Below, piece by piece: positions 37,740 through 47,077 of a stretch of DNA of 64,000 nucleotides. The translations under genes and the position numbers were made by a program. How positions within the stretch are numbered: the stretch's first letter is position 1; every line of letters begins with the position of its first letter. A model generated the notes under the pieces. The model had not been told where the DNA came from. It made no database searches and worked only from the letters and a program-made list of their open reading frames with translations. Source of the stretch: an uncultured virus (IMG/VR IMGVR_UViG_3300021167_000376) (taxonomy: Duplodnaviria; Heunggongvirae; Uroviricota; Caudoviricetes); the IMG/VR virus record IMGVR_UViG_3300021167_000376, one strand, 5' to 3'.

Positions 37740-38810
37740 TTATGCCTCAGTCGGGGCTGGGTAGGTCATGGCCTCGACGTTCTCCACCAGGGCAACCGCC
37801 TCGAAGTCCTCGATGACGTAGGCGTCATTGCTGGACTGGTAGTCAGCAATGCGGTCGAACTCTGGCTCGTCCTTCAGGTGGCGTCGGCGGGCGTCTTCCT
37901 GCCAGTAGATGGAGAGGTTCTTGAGGAAGGTGACCAGCACGGTGCCCTCCGGGAAAAACGGAGCATCGACCACCGGCAGACCGCCGAGGCGGGCGCGGCT
38001 CACGATTTCCTGTGCGGCGTTCTCTTCCTGGTTGGAGGCTGCGCCTTTTTCTACGGCCTTGAGCAGCTTCTCGTGCATCAGGTCGCGGCTGACCAGTACC
38101 ACCAGGTCGGGACGGCTGCGGTGCCACGGGGCGAGCATCTGGATGGCGTCGAACACCAGGCCGTCGAGGGTCTGGTAGTCGCCGCTGATTTCGGTGTTGA
38201 CACCCGCCACATTGATCACTTTGGTGCCGCCTACGGTAACTTTGCCGGCAACGGCGCCGTCGTCCATAACGTGATCCGCAGCGCCTTCCCGGATCTTCTG
38301 CAGCCAGCCTTTGTTGACATCCTGCAGCAGGGGGTTGTTAGCGCGGTCGGTAGCCAATGCCGCACTGGTACCGTTGAAGCCGATCATGATGCGGTCGAGG
38401 GACTGGCGCTCGATGATGGCGTTGGTCAGGCGGACCTGGAAGTCGGGAAACTTGGCCCAGGCGTCGAGCAGCGCGTAGGGGAACGCGGTGTCGAAGTTGG
38501 TTTGTTTGCAGGCGTACGCATCCTTGGTCAGTTGGGAAACGTCGGCCGGGTTGCGTCGGTTGCCCGCTGCGGTGTTGGTGCGGCTGGCAATGGGGCCATT
38601 GACCCCGGCGAGCAGGGCTTCGCCCGTCTGCTCGTTGACGCCGATCAGGTTGATGGCCTTGAGGAAGGCGCTGGATTCCTGCATGGCGGTTTCCAGCGTC
38701 TGCTGAACGCTGGGGGCGACGTTGAATTTCTCGGTTGCACTGGCAACGCCGTTGAGCAGAGCGATCTGCGCGGCCAGGGCGGTGAAAGCGAGGCGGGTTA
38801 CGTTACGCAT
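37740..38810 (-). CDS. N: Major capsid protein, P2 family
   Basis: FNVAPSVQQTLE...LDRIMIGFNG...NPLLQDVNKGWLQ...NLSIY.Q. Confidence 0.95.
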   Translation of the reverse strand: MRNVTRLAFTALAAQIALLNGVASATEKFNVAPSVQQTLETAMQESSAFLKAINLIGVNEQTGEALLAGVNGPIASRTNTAAGNRRNPADVSQLTKDAYACKQTNFDTAFPYALLDAWAKFPDFQVRLTNAIIERQSLDRIMIGFNGTSAALATDRANNPLLQDVNKGWLQKIREGAADHVMDDGAVAGKVTVGGTKVINVAGVNTEISGDYQTLDGLVFDAIQMLAPWHRSRPDLVVLVSRDLMHEKLLKAVEKGAASNQEENAAQEIVSRARLGGLPVVDAPFFPEGTVLVTFLKNLSIYWQEDARRRHLKDEPEFDRIADYQSSNDAYVIEDFEAVALVENVEAMTYPAPTEA

Positions 38811-38841
38811 TAGGTGTTCTCCGGGTGCGGGCTGGGTGGTG

Positions 38842-39702
38842 TCAGAACTTGGTCAGCACTTTGCCGTCGCCGCCCGTAGCTGGTGGGCGGTGCTGCTGGC
38901 TGTGGTCTTCGGTGTCACCCAGGCGCTTGAGCAGGTCAGCGAATTCGCTGGCCAGTTTTTCGTGGGCGGTTTGCAGAGTGTTGAGTTTGGTCTGCTCGGT
39001 GGTGAAGGCTGTGCCCTGGTCCTTGGCGTGGTTGGCGAGCGCCTCAACGGCTTCCGTCAGTTCGGAGAATTGGGCGTCATCCTTGACCGTTTTTTCCTTG
39101 CTCTTGCCGAGGGCTTCCATGACCCGGTTGAACAGGCCAATGGCCTTGTTCTCAGGGTCAGCGACTTCCTCGAATTTGATTTCAGTCTCCAGGGCCTCGG
39201 TGAACATCGAGGTCGCGGAGTAGTGGCGATCCTTGAATGGGCTGGCGTCTGGCTTCTGCGCAGAGAATGCGAGCACGTCGGTACCCAGACTTGCTGGCGA
39301 ATCGGTCACGGCCAGGCCGACGATGTAGGCCTCGCCGCTGTCGGCAAAGCTCTCGTCGATTTCGATGGAGGTGTAAATCTTCTGCTTGGCCTTGTTCATG
39401 GCCACCAGCTCAGGGGTTGGTTCGATCTGGGCGAACAGGGCCAGCTTCTTCTGACCGGCGATCTCAACCTCTTCAGTCTTGACCGCCGTGATGTCGCCGT
39501 AGGCTTTGAAAGGGCTGTCCGGTAGCAGGCTGCGGAAGTGTTCCAGCCATACGCGGGCGCCATAGGTGTTCTGGCTGAAGTTTTTGGCGGCCTGCTCCAG
39601 CCAAGTGCGCTCGATCTTGCGCTTATCGCTGGTGGCGCCTTCAACGGCGACACGGAACCAGTTAGAGCGGAATTTCTGGGCGGGGGCGTTGCTTGCGGCC
39701 AT
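38842..39702 (-). CDS. O: Capsid scaffolding/protease gpO
   Basis: FRVAVEGATSD.R.I...QKIYTSIE...GLAVTDSPASLGT. Confidence 0.95.
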   Translation of the reverse strand: MAASNAPAQKFRSNWFRVAVEGATSDKRKIERTWLEQAAKNFSQNTYGARVWLEHFRSLLPDSPFKAYGDITAVKTEEVEIAGQKKLALFAQIEPTPELVAMNKAKQKIYTSIEIDESFADSGEAYIVGLAVTDSPASLGTDVLAFSAQKPDASPFKDRHYSATSMFTEALETEIKFEEVADPENKAIGLFNRVMEALGKSKEKTVKDDAQFSELTEAVEALANHAKDQGTAFTTEQTKLNTLQTAHEKLASEFADLLKRLGDTEDHSQQHRPPATGGDGKVLTKF

Positions 39703-39790
39703 GTGGGCTGTCCTCGATGCGTTGGCGGCGGTTGCCGTTGCGTTGAGGGCATGGTCGACAGTGGAGGAACGCGCGGCAACGCTCTGAGCT

Positions 39791-39809
39791 TGTAGCGGGG
39801 CGCGCTACA
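39791..39809. promoter_or_regulatory. Putative Ogr-binding site between the divergent O and P promoters
   Basis: TGTAGCGGGGCGCGCTACA. Confidence 0.7.
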
Positions 39810-39856
39810 GGGCGCGGAGTTAGGGGCTCGCGCGCGTGAGCGGCAGCATCTGCGTC

Positions 39857-41608
39857 ATGAATGCAATCGCCCAGTCGACCACCGATCCGCGCCGCCACGC
39901 CAAGTTCCTGTATTGGACAGGCTGGCGCATCACCGATATCGCCGATTACCTCAGCGAGAAAGAGAAGACCCTGCACAGTTGGAAAACACGGGACGAGTGG
40001 GACCGGGCGGACAACGTAGAGCGGATCGGCGGGGCGCTGGAGGCACGTCTGGTGCAGCTGATCCTCAAGGACGGCAAGACCGGCGGTGACTTCAAGGAAA
40101 TTGACCTGTTGCATCGGCAGCTGGAGCGGCAAGCCAGGATTCAGCGTTACCAGGACGGCGGGACGGAGACGGAACTCAACCCGAACATCGCCAAGCGAAA
40201 CGAGGGGCCCAAGAAGGCACCCAAGCGCAACGAGCTGGACGAAGGCCAGATCGAGACACTGGTCGAGGCGTTCCGCGACAGCTGTTTCGACTATCAGCTT
40301 GACTGGCACCGCGCGGGGAACATGCGCACCCGCATGATCCTGAAGAGCCGGCAGATAGGCGCGACGTTCTACTTCGCCCGCGAGGCGCTGATCGACGCTA
40401 TCACCACGGGCCGCAACCAAATTTTTCTGTCGGCCAGCAAGGCGCAGGCGCACCAGTTCAAGACCTATATGCAGTCCTTCCTCAACGAAGTGCTGGGGGT
40501 AAAGCTCACTGGCGACCCCATCGTTCTGTGGAACAACGCCGAGCTGCACTTCCTTGGCACCAACTACCGCACAGCGCAGGGGCGCAGCGGCAATTTCTAC
40601 TTCGACGAGTTTTTCTGGGTCCACAACTTCGCCGAGATCAACAAGGTGGCGTCGGGCATGGCGCTGCACAAGAAGTGGCGTAAGACCTACTTCTCGACGC
40701 CCAGCAGCATGGCGCACCCAGCCTACAACTACTGGACGGGCGAGCGCTTCAACAAGGGCAAGCCAACGGCCCAGCATATCCAACTGGACGTGAGTCACGA
40801 GGCGCTGCAGCAGGGCCGGTACTGCGAAGATCGCATCTGGCGCCAGATTGTCACCATCCTCGATGCGGAGGCCCGCGGCTGCGATCTGTTTGACCTGGAC
40901 GAACTGCGAGAGGAATACGACGCGGCCGCCTTCCAGAACTTGCTGATGTGTCAGTTTGTCGATGACGGGCAGAGCGTTTTCCCGCTGTCGATGCTGCAGC
41001 CGTGCATGGTGGAAAGCTGGGATTGGCCAGACTACAGCCCCTTTGCGATGCGGCCCTTCGGCGAGCGGCCCGTCTGGGTTGGGTACGATCCCGCCGAAAG
41101 TGGCGACTCTGCCGGTCTGGTTGTTGTGGGACCGCCCCTGGTGGCTGGTGGCAAATTCCGTGTACTGGAGCGTCACCAGTTCCGGGGCATGGACTTCGCC
41201 GCGCAGGCCGAAACGATCCGGCAAGTTACCCGCCGCTACAACGTGGCCTACATCGGGATCGACACCACGGGCATTGGCAGCGCCGTTGCTCAACTGGTGC
41301 GCCAGTTCTTCCCGGCGCTGAAGACGTTCTCCTATAACCCCGAGGTCAAGACCCGCCTGGTGATGAAGGCGTGGGACGTGATCAGCAAGGGGCGCCTTGA
41401 ATTCGATGCCGGCTGGATCGACATCGCGCAGTCGCTTATGGCCATCCGCAAGACCATCACCCCAGGCGGACGCCAGTTCACCTATGTTGCGGGCCGCAAC
41501 GACAGCACCGGCCACGCCGATCTGGCGTGGGCGCTCTTTCACGCATTGCACAACGAGCCGCTGGAGGGCCGGACAGCGGCCAACACCGGCATCATGGAGA
41601 TCTACTGA
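39857..41608 (+). CDS. P: Terminase large (ATPase) subunit gpP
   Basis: ILKSRQIGATFYFAREAL, YFDEFFW, GYDPA, GHADLAWA. Confidence 0.95.
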   Translation: MNAIAQSTTDPRRHAKFLYWTGWRITDIADYLSEKEKTLHSWKTRDEWDRADNVERIGGALEARLVQLILKDGKTGGDFKEIDLLHRQLERQARIQRYQDGGTETELNPNIAKRNEGPKKAPKRNELDEGQIETLVEAFRDSCFDYQLDWHRAGNMRTRMILKSRQIGATFYFAREALIDAITTGRNQIFLSASKAQAHQFKTYMQSFLNEVLGVKLTGDPIVLWNNAELHFLGTNYRTAQGRSGNFYFDEFFWVHNFAEINKVASGMALHKKWRKTYFSTPSSMAHPAYNYWTGERFNKGKPTAQHIQLDVSHEALQQGRYCEDRIWRQIVTILDAEARGCDLFDLDELREEYDAAAFQNLLMCQFVDDGQSVFPLSMLQPCMVESWDWPDYSPFAMRPFGERPVWVGYDPAESGDSAGLVVVGPPLVAGGKFRVLERHQFRGMDFAAQAETIRQVTRRYNVAYIGIDTTGIGSAVAQLVRQFFPALKTFSYNPEVKTRLVMKAWDVISKGRLEFDAGWIDIAQSLMAIRKTITPGGRQFTYVAGRNDSTGHADLAWALFHALHNEPLEGRTAANTGIMEIY

Positions 41609-42666
41609 TGAGCAAGAATCGCAACCGCCGCAGCCAGGACCTGGCGGCAACTACCCAGGCGCGAGAAGGCGAGCTGCTGGTCAAAGATCAGGGAGGCCAG
41701 TCGATGGCCTTCACCTTCGGCGATCCGGTGCCGGTGCTCGATGGTCGGGAGATCCTCGACTATCTGGAGTGCTGGGCCAATGGCCGGTGGTATGAGCCGC
41801 CTGTATCCCTGGACGGCCTTTCCCGCTCGACGAAGGCGAGCGTGTATCTGCAGTCTGGGCTCAACTTCAAACGCAACGCACTGTCGCGCACTTTTATCCC
41901 TCACCAGTTGCTGAGCCGGGCGGCGTTCGAGCAGATAGTCATGGATTGGGGTTGGTGCGGCAACCTGTACCTGGAGAAGCGCGACAACATGCTGCGCCAG
42001 GCGCTTGGCCTGCAACCGTGCCTGGCGAAGTATATGCGGCGCGGTACCGACCTGGTGACCTACTACCAGGTGCGCGGATGGAAGGACGAGCACGAGTTCA
42101 AGGGCGGGAGCGTCTGCCACCTACGTGAGGCGGATATCAACCAGGAGGTCTACGGTTTGCCGGAGTGGCTGGCGGCTCTGCAGAGCGCCTTGCTCAACGA
42201 GTCGGCCACGCTGTTCCGCCGCAAGTATTACCAGAACGGCTCGCATGCCGGGTTCATCCTGTACATGACCGACGCGGCACAGAACGAGGATTTCGTCACT
42301 GACCTGCGCGATGCGATGAAGAGCAGCAAGGGGCCTGGTAACTTCCGCAACCTTTTCATGTACGCCCCGGGCGGCAAGAAGGATGGTATGCAGCTGATCC
42401 CGATCAGCGAGGTGGCGGCCAAGGACGATTTCGCCTCGATCAAGAACATAAGCCGCGATGACCTGCTGGCGGCGCTTCGCATCCCGCCACAGCTCATGGG
42501 AATCGTGCCGCAGAACGCGGGCGGGTTCGGGTCGATCCGCGACGCCGCACAGGTGTGGGCGCTCAACGAGCTGGAGCCGATTCAGGCACGACTGGCGCAG
42601 ATCAATGAATGGCTGGGGGATGAGGTGATTCGCTTCCGCCCTTATGAGCTTCCGGCGCAGGGGTAA
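41608..42666 (+). CDS. Q: Portal protein gpQ
   Basis: AFTFGDPVPVLD...QEVYGLPE...SKGPGNFRNLFMYAPGGKKDG. Confidence 0.95.
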   Translation: MSKNRNRRSQDLAATTQAREGELLVKDQGGQSMAFTFGDPVPVLDGREILDYLECWANGRWYEPPVSLDGLSRSTKASVYLQSGLNFKRNALSRTFIPHQLLSRAAFEQIVMDWGWCGNLYLEKRDNMLRQALGLQPCLAKYMRRGTDLVTYYQVRGWKDEHEFKGGSVCHLREADINQEVYGLPEWLAALQSALLNESATLFRRKYYQNGSHAGFILYMTDAAQNEDFVTDLRDAMKSSKGPGNFRNLFMYAPGGKKDGMQLIPISEVAAKDDFASIKNISRDDLLAALRIPPQLMGIVPQNAGGFGSIRDAAQVWALNELEPIQARLAQINEWLGDEVIRFRPYELPAQG

Positions 42667-42667
42667 A

Positions 42668-42781
42668 ACCCCCTGCGCAGCAAACGAGGCGACGAGCTGG
42701 TGCGCTAACACCCGCTCGACGCTGAATCACTCGAACACGCCGAGTGCTCCAACCAAGGCCTCGCCCCACTGCGCAGGGGGT
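42668..42781. ncRNA. Putative structured RNA (three-way junction) upstream of the adenine methylase
   Basis: 13-bp perfect closing stem, 6-bp inner stem, two hairpins. Confidence 0.55.
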
Positions 42782-42824
42782 GCGAAGCCTAAGCGAATCC
42801 AAATGTCGAAACAAGGATCACTTA

Positions 42825-43619
42825 ATGAGCACACCAATTATCCCTTGGATGGGCGGCAAACGCCGTCTGGCAGATCGCCTTATTCCGCTGTTTCCACCTC
42901 ACGAGTGTTACGTCGAGGTCTTTGCCGGCGGCGCCGCGCTCTACTTTATGCGGCCCCAGGCCGCGCCGGTTGAAGTTCTCAATGACATCAACGGCGACCT
43001 GGTGACTCTGTACCGCGTGGTGCAGAACCACCTGGAAGAGTTCGTGCGCCAGTTCAAGTGGGCGCTCAGCTCTCGCCAGGTGTTCGAATGGCAGAAGATG
43101 ACCAGGCCTGAAACTCTCACCGACATCCAGAGGGCCGCGCGGTTTTTCTACCTGCAGCACCATGCCTTCGCCGGCAAGGTCAGCGGGCAGACCTTCGGTA
43201 CAGCCACCACTGGCCCGGCCATCAACCTGCTGCGGATCGAGGAGAACCTATCTGCTGCCTGGCAACGGCTGTCGGGTACCTACGTAGAAAACCTGGGCTG
43301 GCTGGAATGCGCGGAGCGGTACGACCGGCCGCATACCTTCCACTACATGGACCCGCCTTACTGGCAGACCGCAGGCTATGGCGTGGACTTTCCTTTTGAA
43401 AACTACGAGCGAATGGCCGAATTTATGCGCCGCTGCAAGGGCAAGGTGATGGTCAGCATTAACGACCACCCCGATATTCGGCGTGTGTTTGATGGGTTCC
43501 ACTTCGAAACGGTGGACATCCGATACAGCACGGCTAATCAGCGGCAGGGGAAAGCCGAGGTCAGCGGGGAGCTGGTGATCATGAATTGGGAGCCCGATGC
43601 CTTCGGAGGGCTGTTCTAA
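42825..43619 (+). CDS. DNA adenine methyltransferase (D12 class)
   Basis: PWMGGKRRLA, YVEVFAGGAA, LNDIN, YMDPPY. Confidence 0.92.
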   Translation: MSTPIIPWMGGKRRLADRLIPLFPPHECYVEVFAGGAALYFMRPQAAPVEVLNDINGDLVTLYRVVQNHLEEFVRQFKWALSSRQVFEWQKMTRPETLTDIQRAARFFYLQHHAFAGKVSGQTFGTATTGPAINLLRIEENLSAAWQRLSGTYVENLGWLECAERYDRPHTFHYMDPPYWQTAGYGVDFPFENYERMAEFMRRCKGKVMVSINDHPDIRRVFDGFHFETVDIRYSTANQRQGKAEVSGELVIMNWEPDAFGGLF

Positions 43620-44296
43620 GGAACAGGCTCAATCAAGCTGGCGTCCTTATTTCTCACGTTGCCCACGGCGGTGCTGACCTTGAACCATTCAAAGGTCTCG
43701 GACGGCTCGCCCTGGTGCAACACCATCTGCTCGGCACGTTCCTTTGGCGTTGCCGGATCAAGCCATTCGCGGGCAAGGTCGGGCGTAAGTACCACGGGCC
43801 TTCTGTCATGGATGTCCACCATGCCACCAGCGCTATCGGCGGTGATGATCACAAAGCCGTCATGCTCACCTGGTCCTTCATCGGCGTCTGGTAGTTGGCC
43901 GATAGCTGCACACAGGATCGGCGCGCCATCTCGCCTGCGGATCAGATAAGGCTGTTTCTTCGGACCGCCTTCATCCACCCATTCAAACCAGTTGTCTATG
44001 GGCGTTATTGCCCGGTGCGGCCAAATCGCCCGGAAGAAGGGGCCGTGGGCTACCTTCTCGACGCGTGCATTGATGGGAGCGGCTCGGTCTTTTGCCCAAT
44101 GCGGACGCCATCCCCACCGCACCGGATCGGCGTGCAGCAGCTCGCCCTGCAGGTGTAGTAACGCAACGTGGGTTGTTGGGGCGACGTTGTATCGCTCGAT
44201 AGGCTGATCACCCACCGAGTTTGCCAGGGCGTTGGGCATGCTTAGTGCCGCAACAAAGTCATGAATTCCCCGGTACTGCGACAGTCTTCCGCACAT
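43616..44296 (-). CDS. SOS response-associated peptidase (SRAP/YedK/HMCES family)
   Basis: N-terminal MCGR; YNVAPT; INARVE; FEW; IHDRRPVVL. Confidence 0.92.
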   Translation of the reverse strand: MCGRLSQYRGIHDFVAALSMPNALANSVGDQPIERYNVAPTTHVALLHLQGELLHADPVRWGWRPHWAKDRAAPINARVEKVAHGPFFRAIWPHRAITPIDNWFEWVDEGGPKKQPYLIRRRDGAPILCAAIGQLPDADEGPGEHDGFVIITADSAGGMVDIHDRRPVVLTPDLAREWLDPATPKERAEQMVLHQGEPSETFEWFKVSTAVGNVRNKDASLIEPVP

Positions 44297-44320
44297 GGCA
44301 AACCCTCTTTCCGATTGACC

Positions 44321-44665
44321 TTAGACAATCGTGGTCGGTCGAGGTCTCATTTCATTGAAGATCCGGCGCAACTCATCGGCTTCCCGCCTGCTCACATTAG
44401 CCGAGGTGGTGAGGTCGGCGATTTGCTTACGCATTACTGCCGCTTCGGCGCCGCGCTCACGGAGATACCCCGCAAACTCAATGTTCTTCGTCTGGGTTTC
44501 CAGCAGCATCTGACTGATACCGAAAACGTCTGCCCGCGCCTTGCGTAATTGCAGGTTGAGTTCCTGGATCTCGTTCTCCAGTAGACGGCAATGCTGTCGG
44601 TACATCTGCAGTGGGGTGGGGAGGCCAAGCCATCCTAGGGTGTCTTCATCATCGTTCATAAGCAC
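44321..44665 (-). CDS. Coiled-coil hypothetical protein, first gene of the LexA-boxed operon
   Basis: WLGLPTPLQMYRQHCRLLENEI...; start may be 44659. Confidence 0.65.
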   Translation of the reverse strand: MLMNDDEDTLGWLGLPTPLQMYRQHCRLLENEIQELNLQLRKARADVFGISQMLLETQTKNIEFAGYLRERGAEAAVMRKQIADLTTSANVSRREADELRRIFNEMRPRPTTIV

Positions 44666-44673
44666 GAATCCAA

Positions 44674-44693
44674 TACTGTATACGCATACAGTA
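44674..44693. promoter_or_regulatory. LexA (SOS) box
   Basis: TACTGTATACGCATACAGTA = CTG-N10-CAG. Confidence 0.85.
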
Positions 44694-45027
44694 AATCACG
44701 TTTGGTCATGACGCGATTTGAGGCGACGAACTGTAAGGGGGGAGGAGGAGATTGGGTCGGAAAACTGAGCTGGCACAGGTGAAAGTTTGCGCTTCAGCAG
44801 CGTGAAAAAACCCAGTCCAACATAGCATTTGCTGCCTGTCACGGCAAGCTTAGGGAGCTGCGAGAACCAATAAACCCGGGGCTTTCAGCCTGTCTGGGTC
44901 GAGCGAGCAGTCGCAGCCAGGACTGGCCCAGGCATCGCCGACGGCAGGCCCGGGAGTCGGGTGGTACATGCGGGACACTGACGTGCCACAACAGGGAGGT
45001 GGTGTGCTTCAGCACCCGGCGCGCGCG

Positions 45028-45046
45028 CTCGTCCCCCCGCCACGCC
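45028..45046 (-). other. P2/186-like cos site
   Basis: Minus strand GGCGTGGCGGGGGGACGAG resembles the 19-nt P2/186/P4 cohesive end (GGCGWGGCGGGG...). Confidence 0.7.
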
Positions 45047-45227
45047 CGCGGGCTAAACGTGTCGTTTTTTCTGCACTCCCTCAGACCGCCCAACGCGACC
45101 CAGGCGGTGGGCCGGCGGCAGGTATGGGGTTGCACAGAAACCTGCGATTCCCTGCACTGTCGGGGTTTTTGGGGGCTATGGAGTGCACCCAGATTCGAGG
45201 GGGTGGTCGGGGGGGATTTTCGGAAAG

Positions 45228-45500
45228 AGTAATTTCAGCAATCTGAGGGCAGACCGACCCTGGAGGCCGCGTCGTCCGTGGGTTCTGACATTACAAAGAG
45301 AAGTAACCTAGGAGTAACCAAAAAGGTAATTTTTTATAAAGTCCTGATTTATAAGGCTTTTTTATGACCTCAATATCACCTTAAAAAAGAGTAACCAGAT
45401 TACCTTTTAGTTACTTAAAAATTACCTTTGCCGCTAGCCGGAAAACCGTTGTAGATCAAGGAGTTGAACCCTTTTCCCGACACGGGTTACAAAAATTACT
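45228..45500. repeat. AT-rich array of direct and inverted GTAAY pentamers (putative replication origin)
   Basis: About 11 GTAAT/GTAAC or ATTAC/GTTAC copies, many ~11 bp apart. Confidence 0.55.
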
Positions 45501-45695
45501 CTTTCTGCGCACCCCCCCACTACATGAAGGCATCACCCAGTCTGAGGCATGTGCGTATGCGCGCGTTCTAAGGTTTTCTGTTGCACGTTCCTGTCGCTTA
45601 GTGCGAATGGAGGTAAGCGGGGAGGCTTGGTACGTGCGTTGGTACGTGTAGCGAATAAACAAAGGGCCTGCATCGCTGCAAGCCCTTGTTTTAAA

Positions 45696-45744
45696 TGGTG
45701 CCGGCACCAGGAGTCGAACCCGGGACCTACTGATTACAAGTCAG
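45696..45744 (-). repeat. att site: 49-bp 3' part of tRNA-Thr(UGU), junction between the two prophages
   Basis: TGGTGCC...GATTACAAGTCAG; terminator-like hairpin at 45658-45690. Confidence 0.95.
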
Positions 45745-45928
45745 CCACCTTAGTTAGTATCGGTCTAGTGTGTAGCGGATCTTTTGTACGCTATGTGCGC
45801 CGGTTTCGCCCTTATTTTGCTGCTACCTGCTCCATTGATGTACGCGAAAAATACTGATGATCTGTCCAGCATTCTCTACCACTTGGCTGTGGATAAAGCT
45901 GTGGGCAGCTTTCGGTTTAATCAGTTGC

Positions 45929-47077
45929 TCAATCGCCAGACGGGTTCACGGTTGGAACGCTGAGGTCATACACGTCCATCATGGATTCGTCTTTGTGGCC
46001 AGAGGCTTGTTGCTTGTCTGCCCGGGTGCCTACCGTGTCGGTGATGCCCTTGCGCTTGAAGTCGTGCATGCCGAATCGCTGCTCCTCGGTGAGGATTCCT
46101 TTGTCGATCGCTTGAACGATCAGCCGCTGGAAGGCAGTGTCGAGCCCGGACTTCGACAACTGCCTGCCGGTGGCCGAGATGATCAGGAAGCGCTGGTCTG
46201 CACGGATCGGCACGGGAACACGCTTGCGCTCCCAGGTTTCCGTCCTGACGGACTTGGCGGCGTCCCATGCGGCGCGCAGGCGCGTCGACCAGCGAACGAT
46301 GTTGTCCCGGCTTCCCTTGCGACGATTGGTCAGCACGCCCTCTGGGAGTTCGTTCTCGTCCGTTAGGGTGATCGTCTCGATACCGCGTAGACGGCAGAGG
46401 TAGCCGATCTCCATCACATACCACAGGTAAGGCGAACACGCCCCTGGCTGGCCGCTCTTGAGCTGGCCTTGCTGCTGCGCGAACCTGATCAGGTTGACCA
46501 TGACCGTGTCGTCGGGCAGTCGGCGCTGCTTGCGCTCTTTCGGTGACTCGATACCCTTGGCCGGGTTTTCCTTCACGAACCCCCGGTTACGGCCCCACTG
46601 CATCACGCGGCGCAGGTAGCGCAGGGCGTGTGCGGCCTTCGATGGCTTCCCTTCCTGGGCGATCTTGTCGATTACCCGCTGGATCAGCGCAGGCGTGAAC
46701 TTGAGCACCGCCAGCTCGCCCAGCGGCTTGCCAAGTTTCGTGGGGAAAGCCAGAAGCACGTCGCGGGAGTAAACGTAGTCGTCGTGGGTTTTCTCGCTGA
46801 GCACCTTGTACTGGTCGCTCTTGTGGAATTCGTCGCATAGATACTGGAGGCTGTCGCGGTCTACACCGTTGCGCTCCTCGATCAGCCGGTGGAGCTCTGA
46901 AAGCGTTACATTGCCCGCGCACAGGTTCTGCCGCTGGCGCCTGCCGGCCTCGTTGAAATACAGGATGTACCAGCACCCCGCCCCGCGGTGGTCGAAATAT
47001 ACCGAGCGTGGCAGGGCCGCCTGGTCAATATGCCCAGGGATGTTCGGGTTGTGCTGGCGCTTCCTTCCTCGCTTCAT
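45929..47077 (-). CDS. int: Phage integrase (paralog of 9029-10171)
   Basis: LCRLRGIE, RRKGSR, HDFKRKG, SGH, VYD. Confidence 0.9.
   Translation of the reverse strand: MKRGRKRQHNPNIPGHIDQAALPRSVYFDHRGAGCWYILYFNEAGRRQRQNLCAGNVTLSELHRLIEERNGVDRDSLQYLCDEFHKSDQYKVLSEKTHDDYVYSRDVLLAFPTKLGKPLGELAVLKFTPALIQRVIDKIAQEGKPSKAAHALRYLRRVMQWGRNRGFVKENPAKGIESPKERKQRRLPDDTVMVNLIRFAQQQGQLKSGQPGACSPYLWYVMEIGYLCRLRGIETITLTDENELPEGVLTNRRKGSRDNIVRWSTRLRAAWDAAKSVRTETWERKRVPVPIRADQRFLIISATGRQLSKSGLDTAFQRLIVQAIDKGILTEEQRFGMHDFKRKGITDTVGTRADKQQASGHKDESMMDVYDLSVPTVNPSGD

Larger units (their letters stand above)
8875..45744. mobile_element. P2-like (phiCTX-type) prophage, apparently complete
   Basis: 45-bp direct repeats; P2 gene order Q-P / O-N-M-L-X-lysis-R-S / V-W-J-I-H-G / FI-FII-E-E'-T-U-D; ogr; cos; int; TGGTACG arm-like sites on both inner flanks (8963, 9016, 45628, 45640). 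Confidence 0.95.

Noticed and set aside
39662..41650. Long antisense or alternative-frame ORFs (e.g. 662 aa here, 37497-38813, 24989-26032, 47008-48066)
   Set aside because: Shadows of genuine GC-rich genes on the other strand or frame.
44700..45695. phiCTX-type cytotoxin gene near cos/att
   Set aside because: No substantial credible ORF; the region is cos, repeats and att flank.
45888..45896. Single DnaA box TGTGGATAA downstream of the second integrase
   Set aside because: An isolated 9-mer could be chance; no cluster.
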